This document shows, in pieces, positions 1 through 11,340 of a stretch of DNA of 64,000 bases; the first letter of the stretch is position 1, and the number at the start of each line of letters is the position of its first letter. The stretch spans positions 26,846,001-26,910,000 of the forward strand of contig OZ260666.1 of the NCBI GenBank assembly GCA_965285935.1, in the 5' to 3' direction. The position numbers and the translations under genes were made by a program. The notes under the pieces are model-generated. The model saw nothing but the letters and a program-made list of their open reading frames with translations. It had not been told where the DNA came from and did not search any database. Origin of the DNA: Ophelia neglecta (taxonomy: Eukaryota).

Positions 1-399
1 CGCACACGACAAATGCATCTACTTGCAGGGACTATTGTTATCCGTTGAATTCTATACTGTTTCGGTTACATGTGCACGCATGTTTTCTATATAGATCTTT
101 CTACGAACTATATAAACTAAACCAGTCACGCGTTTAATGTGACAGGACACGTCCTTCTGGCAACAATGCACGCAATTCCCATTCATAATCGTTGGTACCT
201 ATAACGTACTTTCCTTATATTGACGCAGTTAAATCTAACGGGCTTAAATAACAGGAGGTTTGGGGTGGGGGGGGGGGATGGGCGGGAGGGGGTTTATTGC
301 CATTGATTGCCATTGCATCATACATCTAATATTTATTAAATCCGCTATTTATGTGGCCATTTGTGTACATGATTCAAGGCGACTTGCAATCACCCCCAA

Positions 400-1505
400 A
401 GGTAAAAGTTGAGCAAACATCCCTGCTCATATCTGTCAGCATTTGCATACGGCAAAAACACGTCACATCTGCATAACAGGAAATTTTCCAAGTTGGATTT
501 GTTGGTAGAAGGTAGGCATACTTTTTTCCGCTTTTTTTATTATAACAAAAGCTATACAGTATTATTCTTGTACAAAGCCAGCGTCTTCCACTGTTGAGAA
601 TACACGAATAAGGCAAGTGTCAATGTAGTTGTAGTCTAGATGACGAAAAACAACACGGTCGATATATGCAGCTTTTCGACTACTATATACTTTATAAACC
701 GCTGCAACGCCCACGGAAAAGGATCAAATACAATAAAAATAGGCAAAGGTAAATCGCAATTGAGGATAAATTAACAGTTGTTTTTTCCCAATGAATTCAA
801 CAGAATTATGTAATTTAATATACTTCGTTTGTTAGCGTTGAGCGAATTGCCAGGTCACCGCACAAAAATCCATTGGCCATTGATTGTAGATTGTAGATTA
901 TATTGGATTTAGGTCTGCCGAATACTTCTTAACCTCCTTAACGCCAATGAAGTAGTATTGAAGCTCCCCTCACTTGGCAGTGGGTCAGTAACCAGCCGCG
1001 TCGTATGAAGTTTTCTCTACGATTAGTTTGTTTGGAGAAGGTCTAACGAACTATGTTAAGGTGTAATAAATATAAGATGAACATGAGGTGTCGTTATTTA
1101 AGCCTCGTGTCATATTTGATCGCCTCTTCATGGCAGAAAGTTTGGTTAAGTGTTATTTAAAAACCACATTCGCGGAGGGTTTTCGTCGCTGCCGAGTCCA
1201 TCAACTACACACACAGCTATTTGCTTGAATAGTTCTAAGCTTCAATTAAGGCCTATTTCATTTTTGATACAATTTGTTTTGATTGACGGAGATCTAAACG
1301 GCACAACATTAGTTCTAAATTTTCTAAGATTGTCAATAATTGTGAACAGGCAATCGTATTGAAGATCGACTAGAGGACAGAAGCAGACCCAGTTCGAACT
1401 GAACAACCGCTGTCCAATCTGACTGCGCTTCATGGAGGTGACGCATCTTGCCACTTGGCAAACACTCCAATATTTCACGGATACTTCCGACGTGTCTGTG
1501 GCCAT
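400..1505 (-). pseudogene. Decayed ORF with N-terminal SAM-like motif and SAMD3-like C-terminus (copy A); likely transposon accessory gene
   Basis: From ATG 1505 it reads MATDTSEVSVKYWSVCQVARCVTSMKRSQIGQRLFSSNWVCFCPLVDLQYDCL, which fits SAM spacing (WsxxxVxxWLxSxxxxQxxxxFxxNxIxxxxLxxLxxxxL). Near 610-480 it reads FSTVEDAGFVQE*YCIAF..TFYQQIQLG. Several stops and frameshifts follow position 1242. Confidence 0.5.
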
Positions 1506-1989
1506 ATGTTCTAGTTCTAGAGAGGAAAGACCGACAGCTTGTTTAATAAAAACATTGCCATTAAGGGTAAACAGGAACAAGCAGACGTGAAATTCGTGAA
1601 ATATACGGCCTTAAGAGATGAAGGACTAAATAACTCACAACGCCGAAATGAATTTGTGGGTAACAGGCCTTGGCTTTGTGCATAGGGAACGACGGGCAGT
1701 AAAGCTAGACATTGTTACATAAAATTTCCCTTCGCTACAATATAAGTGCAGTTAGTGCTTCCTTATGTGGTCCGAAACGCGGTGACCCGCTGTAAAGGTT
1801 TTGGTAGTGCCCTGGCTGTAAGGTCCCACCGAATTACATTTCCTAACCCTTATCCGAACTCGGGACTCGCCCTGACTTGAAACACTAGTTTTTAAAGTCC
1901 GCTGGTCTAGGAATCTCAATATATCAGGATACCTCTAGAGCCGCTAGTCACTTTCGAATATTGGAAAAGCACGTATTTATGATACACCT

Positions 1990-2690
1990 TCTGTTTATCC
2001 CATCACGTTCTTTTGATTATTGCCCTTTTAAGAAAACCAGTAAGAGGATTCGGCTCAAGGCTTATTACTTAACAGAAATTTAACAGAATTCGTCTTTTTG
2101 CTGAACATAAAAAGATATTGGAAATAACAGTAATGCAGGCAGAAAACAATAAAAATAAAGCTTATTATGCGAAAGGATGGTGGTGAAGAATATGCTGAAG
2201 GAGAGCAGCTAACAGTTAGCACCAGACTGCTTATCAACTAACAATAGCCCACGAGCAGTTCTAAGTGCCTAGGTTTGTGACTCTCATCTTTGATTGTTGT
2301 TCATATTTCGCAGAGCAATCGTTTATTTTCTTCCCAGGAATCACACGCGTTTATCTGAGCTCTCTGAGATAACTAACAGTGTCATCTGTGTTATGGTGCT
2401 GGCAGTTACTTGCAATTTTCGTTGGTGAATACTAAAGAAAGACTTTTTGTTTCGATTAAAATGAACTTACATCACCAATGTTTACTTCTTTGTTGTTCTG
2501 TCCAAGTTCTGCCGATAATGTATTCACAGTGTTGGTATATGGTGTAGGCTGGTGAAAAGCTTTCTGCATAGTGATCTGGATAAGATCATCATAAACCTAT
2601 AAACCGTCGAAATAATTGTTTAATTGAAGTGACTGATACATTCGAATTGCGAGTTTTCTTTTTCCAATAATGGGAAGGACAATGTTTTAA
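1990..2690 (-). mobile_element. C-terminal remnant of EnSpm/CACTA(CMC)-like transposase (copy A)
   Basis: Paralogous to 9340-9892. It also retains the extreme C-terminal part missing from copy B (LYFY..SFYVQQKDEFC..PNPLTGF). Confidence 0.45.
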
Positions 2691-5030
2691 GGAATTAGGA
2701 CGAACACAAACGATTGTGTATTTATGTTTGAACGAAAAAACTGCTATATATTGGCATTCACCCCAACTTTTTGATTTACATTATCGCCTATATGCGCCTC
2801 ATTGGAGAGCTCTTGCTATATTAGGCGTCCTAAGAAATTGCATATAATGCAAATAAATGGGTAGCGACATGGCAAACAAATCATCTTCTTTTTTACTTAA
2901 ATTTCCTATTATAAATTACACTTTAAAGAAATTCACAGATAGAATAATACATCCATTAAGAATGATACTTAAATATCTGAAATTTCCTTAGAATTCATTT
3001 GGCAAATGAGCGGTAAATCTCGGTTGAGTGGTATATGACAGAAACGGTTCTCTAGAACGGTGTTGTTAGTAGCTGATTACTTGAACTGAATATTTTTTAT
3101 CACTTATACATATATGTATTACATCTATATTATAACTACACCAAATGAATGTATTTGAAAATTGGTATGAAAATGTGTGCCGATCAGAATAGTTTTATTG
3201 TGGTTTTGATATATTGCCTTACATGTCTTACCAGACCCATGCTTTAATGAATTTCTTTTGATCCTTTAATCACCGGGAAAGCTTAAGCCGATATTCTGAT
3301 GAACTTGACGTTTTTGGCTTGGTTAAGGTGAAGAACGAATAATAAACGTGTTTGTACCTACTTTAAGACGTTAAAAAGCCGCGAGGTACACACCTATGGA
3401 AAGGAAAGGTGGGAAAACAATGCATCGCCGTAACATTAAGCTAAGCTTTTATCATAATTATATCATTCAGTGGCCGCAGTCAGGAAAACATCATGCCAAG
3501 TAAGGATCCCCCTTGGAATCTCCCCCATCCTCTCCCTAGAACAGGGAGGTAGCTAGAGGCTTGCCATCCAGCCTCCATGTTAGGAACTCTATCTTGTGGC
3601 AACAACCGAATTCTATACTGTTTCGGTTACAACCAAAGTGTGTTCATATCTTTGCACATGCACAATACGGGTATCGTTATGGTGATATTTTTATACACAC
3701 TAAGGAGGTATCTCAAGTGCAAGCTTACATTTTAGATTAATTTCCCAAAGGCCTGTCCTGATAATGAGTGTACCTTAATAAGGCAAATCGTTTCCCGTTA
3801 TCACATGAAACCTTCTTGAGGGATAAATGTAGTGCCATAAACGTCCCCAGCCGTCTCACTTGATGGCTCAATAATCCAAATTATAATGCAAAAAGGTAAT
3901 GCAATACGCCGGTAAGGTGTAGCATCCTACTGAAGATTGATGCCCATCTTTCATCCCATTTCCGAAATGTACTTAATCGATTTTAAACATTTTATGTGTA
4001 TTAATTATGGTCAGACACTGATTTAATTTAAGCAAAGTAGCTCTACATAATTATCACAATAGTTGCACTATAGAAAACTTACAGACCAAATTATTATTGG
4101 TATATTTGGCTGCTACCTTCGAGCTGGCATGGACACTGACTTCAATTATCTTGGTTCCATCATCTCATATTTTCGTCTGGCTTTTATCGCCATTTTCTTT
4201 TTGCTTTACTTCTCGTCGTCGCATTATAACGTCATTCGTTATTGAAGTTGTCAAAGATTTTCAATACTTTGAGTAAGACAACAAATTCAAGGTAGGTGGT
4301 CGGTCCAGGATGAATTGGTACCATGCTCTTGCTTTTCTCATTGTATCCAAATATGGTTCTGAAACCTCAAGCTTTGTTAAAGGGTCTGCTTTCTATGAGC
4401 AATATTTAAATCATTCATTTGATGTCTTCTACACAGAGTATCCAGACAATCCGCCTTAAACATTTGCTAGACTATTTCAGGTAATTCTCCTTAGTAAACA
4501 TGTCACAAATATACTTGCTGTTGCTGGGGCACTCCTCGTTGGTGATGTCATTTTTTCAAGATTGCCACGACGGCGCCATTTGCAAATGGCATTAAATGTC
4601 ACCTTGTTCAAGCTTATTTGCAAATAAAACCGACTGGAACATAGGTGAAACACATTAAGCTGGCAAAGTTAAAGAACAAGGGATGTTATCATAAACTATT
4701 CATGAAACAGCGTGCACAGCATGGCAGTAGTTTTCGCTCCAACCTTTGGAACAAGTCTCTAGTTCTTCTTTTTTCATTTTCCAAAGAACTCGAGTCAAAT
4801 GAAACTGTCACCGAACTTTTGTGAAAAGGTGTTAATGAAAATAACTTACATATTGCTTAAAGTAAAAACAAGTTGAGATTTATTTGACCAATTGGATAAA
4901 TGCATTGTTTGTGTCCTTGTTTTCTGTATATGTTGGCGGTCAAGAATGTGGATACAAGCTATTAAATGATATATGGGGCAACTACCATATATTGACTGCT
5001 TTTTACCCTAAGACATGCCAATATTAAATA

Positions 5031-5304
5031 TGTCAGATTCTGGCGCAAAAAACTGCTATGAAAGTAATCATATCCTTCATTTAAACCAATCAGGCACAGA
5101 AAGGTCAAACTAAACCCAATAACACATTACGTACCAAACAGTAAATCCTTTTCTGACATTTAATGTCCGATTCTGGCCCAAAAGACGCAAAAAACAGCTA
5201 TGAAGTAACTATATCCGTCATTTAAACCAATCAGGTACAGAAAAATGAAACTTAATCTAATAACACATTACGTACAAAACAACAAATCCTTTTCTGACAT
5301 TTAA
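5031..5304. repeat. Two-copy tandem repeat, ~135-bp unit
   Basis: 5031-5163 and 5164-5304 both run tgtc.gattctgg...ttaaaccaatcagg.acagaaa...taacacattacgtac...aaatccttttctgacatttaa. Confidence 0.95.
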
Positions 5305-5905
5305 TCTATTATGAAGTACAAGCAGGTGAATTGTGTTAGGTATATCTATTTAAAGCATAATAAAACGATATTATATTCGAAAAGCAACAAGCAATTCAAA
5401 TTGTTTCCTTTTTAAGTTACTTTAGTGAAATAGATTTTAAGAATCTGCAATTTTACTATTCCCATAATTTTGACTTAGACATATATGTCAAAGTTCACGT
5501 TGCGAATGTTTAAATAGGTGTCCTTTTCAATGATAGAAGCCGATGTCAAGGACCGACTTAACTATTGTCCGGCCTCAGCGCTGTAACAGGTCCTCGGGGA
5601 TGGTAAAATAGAAAAACGGTAACTTTAATCACTCCATCCAAAGATCCATGGGTTCTGCTATGCCTAGAACGTAAAATGTTTAAGACGACTAATGAAGCTA
5701 GTAGCTTCTGGTTCATGGTTCACAGTTCATGAAGTCGACAGGACAGTGATGTACGGCCTTAGTTGGAGCAAGTAGGATCTGATCCGTATCGAGACGACCC
5801 CGAGAGCCACCAAGAGGTCAAACTAACACTTAGGAAGGAGAGGCTTGTCAAGCGTCTTTTAATGCGATCTGAGGGAATACGGAGGTGCGCCAGCTGACAG
5901 CTTAC

Positions 5906-5996
5906 CGAGCGCTGCAGGGCCATTTTCATACCCAATATTCGAAGTAAATGGTCAAAATAATCGAGAAGAAAGGCCATCCCAGGCATCCCAGAACAC
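5906..5996 (-). other. Candidate spliced exon (91 nt), coding status unknown
   Basis: Minus strand has acceptor cttgtgtcttttag| and donor CG|gtaagc. One frame is open (CSGMPGMAFLLDYFDHLLRILGMKMALQRS), with no recognisable domain. Confidence 0.25.
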
Positions 5997-7317
5997 CTAA
6001 AAGACACAAGTCGATGAACAGGTTTCATATCAATTGACAATGTATTTTAAGCCATTTATCATATCCAAATTAACATCAAAGGGTCAAATCCATTTGTTAA
6101 AGGCCAACCAGAGAGTTTCAAACCAATCAAAGACAAGAATCACTGACAGATGACCTCTAGATCCCGTTTCATATCAACTGACATCAACTTTTGTACCCAA
6201 AACTTCACAAAAAATGTTTAAAATTGAATCATGAAACTTGAGCGTTTAAAAATACACATAATCTGAAAGCAACAACCAATTTCAGGCTGTTTGGAAAAAA
6301 GAAATAGGTGTCAAGTTGATTCATGTTTCACATTTCAATCTCACTGGTGGCTGATCGACATTGGCTTACGCATCCAATGCTTGTCTAGAGACACCTACTC
6401 TGATTAGCTGTTTGAATACATTTTAAAACAAATTGAACCTTTAGATAGGTATACTTGCCTACGACTCGATACGACTGGTAATCAGGCAGTCAACAAATTG
6501 TTTCAAAATTAATTAGTTGTATGACGGTTTTTGGATTTAAAACATTTAACTTTAGTATATCGGTAAGCAAGGAGCTGTATACCTCTTTTTCACTGCACTT
6601 GACAGATCAAAGAAATATAGTGGTGTGAAGGAGGAGCTATGCACCCATTATATATTACTGAAATATGAAGCTGTCCGCAAAGGTTCTGTATGTGACAATT
6701 TGTGTTCGATGGATACGCACGCTGATGCCGATATTAAAATAGAATTGCAAAGTGGAAGTCTTTAAACTTTAAAAATCCGATGTCTACATTTTCGTCATTT
6801 TCTTGATCAATATGCCATTCAGAATGTGTCCGCAGAGCGTCTAAGACGCCTGATGAACTATATATGAGTCACCAAGTATTGAATTACAGAATAACCATAT
6901 CATATTGTATATTTCTTCTTGATGACATACATTTCCTCGACCGGGAAATAAACCCATTTTGCCTGGAACAATTATGTACATATCTTTTATAGATCCAGAT
7001 TTTATATACATATAAAGCCATATATAATCTGCCAATATGCTGGAGGAGTACGATGCCCACCATTAATGATTTTTTTATTTGTTTGATTAAATAAACCTAT
7101 ATAATGCGCCAGTTGTACTGTTCCGATCAGCAATGACATCATATATTTCCCTTGCGACTTGACGTGATGTAGGAAAACCCCGAGGAAAACATGCTAGGTG
7201 GTTGTTGACTCCAGCTGCCTACTACGTCATAGAGCCGAGCCTTAGGGCATTCACGTCAGGCCGATCAGGCGCTAATGTCACGCAAATTCTGGCGTCATTT
7301 AGTCAACAGGCGATCTC

Positions 7318-9892
7318 CGCACACGACTTTTTTGCCAATGTTGAAGATCTCGGCCCAAAGCATTCTGATCTTACAAGAGGCTTACACTATGTCAAAAACT
7401 CATGCACTGATACAAACCCTAGCCTAGTCCGAGGGTCGAGGTCGGCAGAACGTACTGTATACTAAATGATTTTGATAAATTAAAACGAAATGTAAGTCGT
7501 TTTGGACTAGAATGTAACGAACGTAAATGGGCAATACTGAAAGTGTGTACCAAAAATGCATCTACTTGCAGGGACTATTGTCATCCGTTGAATTCTATAC
7601 TGTTTCGATTACATGTGCACGCATGTTATCTATATAGATCTCTCTACGAACTCTATAAACTAAACCAGTCACGCTTTTAATATGACTGAAAATTTTTTTC
7701 TGGCAACAATTTACGCAATCCACAATCAAAATCGATGGTACCTGGAACGTACTTTCCATAATTTGACACAGCTTAATCTTACGGGCTTTATTAACATAAC
7801 AATGGGGGGGGGGGGGGGATTGCCATTCTAGGAATAAATATGCGTCAAATATATAATTTTTATTTAATCAGCAGTTTGCTATTTATGTGGTTATATGTGT
7901 CCATGATACAAGGCGACTTGCAATCACCCTCATAAGGTAAAACTTGGGCACTCATCGCTGCTCATTCCTATCATCATTTTCAGACGGCAAAACACATCAC
8001 ACGTGCATAACAGGAAATTTCCAAGTTGGATTCATTGGTAGAAGGAAGGCTTACTATTTTTCGTTTTTGTATTATACTGAAAACTATAAAAAAAATTTTC
8101 TAGTACACAGATAGCCTTTACCACTGTTCAGAATACATGAATATGGCAAATGTCCGTATAGTTGTAATATAGATGACAAAGAACAACACGATCGATATAT
8201 TCGGCTTTTCGACTACTATATACTAAATTTACTGCTTCAACGCCCACGGAAAAGGATCAAATACCAGAGCAAAGGGCAAAGATAAATGGCAATTCAGGAT
8301 AAATTAATCAGAAGTATTTTTCCAATGAATTCAACAGAATAATGTAATTTAATATACTACATTTGTTAGCGTTGAGCAAATTGCCAGGTCACCGCAAAAA
8401 AATCCATTGGCCATTGATTGTAGATTGTAGATTATATTGGATTAAGGTCTGCCGAATATGGATTTTCCATACTTCTTAACCGCCATAACGCCAATTAAGT
8501 AGTATTGAAGCTCCCCTCACTTGGCAGTGGATCAGTAACTAGCCCCATCGTATGAAGTTCTCTCTGCGATTAATTTGTTTAGCTAGGTCTAGTAAACTAT
8601 GTTAAGATGTAATACATATAAGATGATCATATTAAGGCGTCGCTATTTAAGCCTCGTGTCATATTTGATCGCCGCTTCGTGGCAGTATGTTTGGTTAAAG
8701 TGTTAAATAATAATCACATTCGCGAAGGGTTTTCGTCGCTGCCGACTCCATCAACTACACACACAGCTATTTGTTTGAATATTTCTAAGCTTCAATTTAT
8801 GCGGATTTCATTTTTGATACAATTTGTATTGGTTGACGGAGATCTAAACGGCAGAACATTAGTTCTTAATTTTCTAAGATTGTCAATAATTGTGAACAAG
8901 CAATCGTATTGAAGATCGACTAGAGATCAGAATCAAACCTAGTTCGAACCGAACAACCGCTGTCCAATCCGACTGCGCTTCATGGAGGTGACGCATCTTG
9001 CCACTTGTCAAACACTCCAATATTTCACGGATGCTTCCGCCGTGTCTGTGGCTATATGTTCTAGTGTAAGAGAGGGTAGACCGACAGCTTGTGTAATAAA
9101 AACATTTCCATTAAGGGTAAACAGGAACCAGCAGACGTAAAATTCGTAAAATATTCGGCCTTAAGAGATGAAGGACTAAATAACTCACACCGGAGAAATG
9201 ATTCTAAGGGTAATAGTTCTTGTCATTGTCCATAGGGTACGACGGGTAGTAAAGCTAGACATTGTTACGTAATATGTCCCTTCGTTACAACATGAGTGTA
9301 GTGAGTGCTTCATTATGTGGACCGAAACGCGGTGACCCGATAAAACGATAAAAATAAAGCTTATTATGCGAAAGGATGGTGGTGAAGAATTTGCCAAAGG
9401 AGAGCAGTTCACAGTTAGCATCAGACTGCTTATCAACAAACAATAGCCCACGAGCAGTTCTAAGTGCCTAGGTTTGTGACTCTCATCATTGATTGTTGTT
9501 CATATTTCGCAGAGCAATCGTTTATTTTCTTCCCAGGAAGGAACACGCGTTTATCTGAGCTCTCTGAGATAACTAACTGTGTCATCTGTGTTATGGTGCT
9601 GGCAGTTACTTGCAATTTTCGTTGGTGAATACTAAAGAAAGACTCTTTTTGTTTCGATTAAAATGAACTTACATCACCAATGTTCACTTCTATGTTGTTC
9701 TGTCCATGTTCTGCCGATAATGTATTCACAGTGTTGGTATTTGGTGTAGGCTGGTGAAAAGCTTTCTGCATACTGATCTGGATAAGATCACCATAAACCT
9801 ATAAGCAGTCGAAATGATTGTTTTATTGAAGTGACCGATACATTCGAATTGCGAGTTTTCTTTTTCCAATAATGGGAAGGACAATGGTTTAA
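7318..9892. repeat. Segmental/tandem duplication copy B (paralogous to 1-2690)
   Basis: Same alignment as copy A. It contains 7328-7553, absent from A, and lacks the equivalent of 1790-2140. Confidence 0.95.
7950..9055 (-). pseudogene. Decayed SAM/SAMD3-like ORF (copy B)
   Basis: Start codon reads ATA. The N-terminus ATDTAEASVKYWSV*QVARCVTSMKRSRIGQRLFGSN*V*F*SLVDL has 4 stops. At 8160-8020 it reads F*TVVKAICVLENFFYSFQYN..PSFYQ*IQLG, resembling the recalled 'AxxxLxxxYYxFxxxY..FxQxxLG' SAMD3-like C-terminus. Confidence 0.5.
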
Positions 9893-10560
9893 TATCACAA
9901 CTTCTGTCATAGTACATTCTGGTACATGCAAATACATTAAAATACGCTCTAATGATGGTGTGTAATAAATCTGATTGCACATTGCTCAATGTTGAATGAT
10001 ATAGCCTGATCCTTGGATTCTTGGTGAGTTCCTTTACAGCAGGAAAACACGTCCCTCAGACCACCGGCATGTTGTATTTTTCTTATTATTCTTTTTGATA
10101 ACTGACTCAATATATGAAATATTATGCCGACTGAACACATACAAAGCAAAGGGGATATTGCGTTTACACAAAAGAAATCATACTTACTAATTACATTTCG
10201 GCAGCTAAGATTTCTTCCCATTTTATACTGCAGACAATAAACGCTGCCAACTAGAATGCTGGGCTACCTGTGATATTGGAGATCCTCAACGAGATTATTC
10301 AGATTATTTAATTTGGATTCGTATTCCTTTCATTGCAGGATGTTGTAGGTCAGACGTCCATGGCTGCATACCCAGATAGTTACAAATGCAAGACACTTTA
10401 TCAGATTACAGTTTTGAATGTACAAACAACATAATATTTGCCGCTGAATAAATACGGGTAGTGGATTCCTTTCCGAGACAGCGTCAGGTAGGGCAGCTGA
10501 TGAACATAGGTTGCACCAGCAAGAAATGTTTGATAACCTTGCAAACACTCTCTACCTTAC
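9340..10560 (-). mobile_element. Decayed EnSpm/CACTA(CMC)-like transposase (copy B)
   Basis: One frame from 10548 to 9949 has only 2 internal stops in 200 codons. Motif relics occur in the expected order: DV.TYNILQ* (~DxMHDxLEG), LNNLNNLVEDLQY..PSI, TP..IHYRQNM, W*CKF..ETKRVF, NCK*LPAP*HR*H (~NFKNLPxTLAxRHQ), GT*..GLLFVD..LLSFGKF..LYF. Confidence 0.55.
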
Positions 10561-10669
10561 AGCAGTTTAAGTCTTATCAATTTGTGCTATTCTGTTAGCT
10601 CTTCGCGTGCGGAAAATGTGGTCTTAACGCTGGGCATTAAACACATTATAAATAACAACATTACGGTTA

Positions 10670-11340
10670 TTAAACAATACAACGTAGTTTTAGAAGATAA
10701 GGTGTTGAATACTTGGCTGAAAATGAGCACGGCACTCAGTAAGCACCTGAGTGAAATTTATCTTCTTATTAACAAACAACCACCCACGAATAGTCATTAA
10801 TACCTAGTTGTGAGCTTCCGTTGTGGGCTATTGCTATTATTGTCTAGAGCAGTTAAGTATTTTCCTCCAGAAAAGGAGCATGCTTTTGTCTGAGACTGTC
10901 TTAATATCAGAAACCGTCTCAGATGGTAATACCATCTGTTTTATTACCATTTGTGTTGTGCTGGGAGTTTCTTATAGTTTACCTGGATATATAAGAAATG
11001 CTCCTTTTGTGTCGAATGAATTGCTCCTCCATCGCATATTCTTTGGGTTTTTATTGTCCAAGATTATCCGATAGTGATTTAAGTGATTAGTATTCTTTTA
11101 GGTATGGTTATCAATAGTTTTCTGCGGAGCAAACTTATTCAATTCACCATTAACATATTAATATTCGAATAAATTGTTTAATATAAGTGACCGATACGTT
11201 GGAATCGTGAGTTATCTTAGTCCTATATGACAAGTACAAGGCTTGGAGATTACAACTTCAGTACCACTATTGTCATATTAAACTCAACATGCAATGGCAT
11301 TACCAAGCAAACTAATATATTTGTTTGAAACATACACATT
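10670..11340 (-). mobile_element. Older, more diverged transposase remnant (copy C)
   Basis: Nucleotide similarity to 9340-9910 (e.g. aacaaacaa..cccacga; aagtgaccgatac.tt.gaat.g.gagtt). It translates with frameshifts to KITHDSNVSVTYIKQFI..IPK..NHLNHYRIILDNKNPKNMRWRSNSFDTKGAFL..NYKKLPA (HLNHY at 11085-11071, W at 11031-11029). Confidence 0.55.

Larger units (their letters stand above)
1..2690. repeat. Segmental/tandem duplication copy A (paralogous to 7318-9892)
   Basis: Colinear similarity, roughly 85-90% by eye: 11-1789 ~ 7554-9339 and 2141-2690 ~ 9340-9892. Bases 1-10 (cgcacacgac) equal 7318-7327. Similarity stops after 'tgggaaggacaatg'. Confidence 0.95.

Noticed and set aside
1150-1362. 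Plus-strand ORF conserved in both duplicates (also 8679-8912)
   Set aside because: Non-ATG starts; it is the antisense shadow of the SAM-like frame within a duplication.
7070-7300. SINE-like segment (AT tail, aggaaaaccccgaggaaaac)
   Set aside because: No convincing A/B boxes and no second copy in the window; too weak to call.
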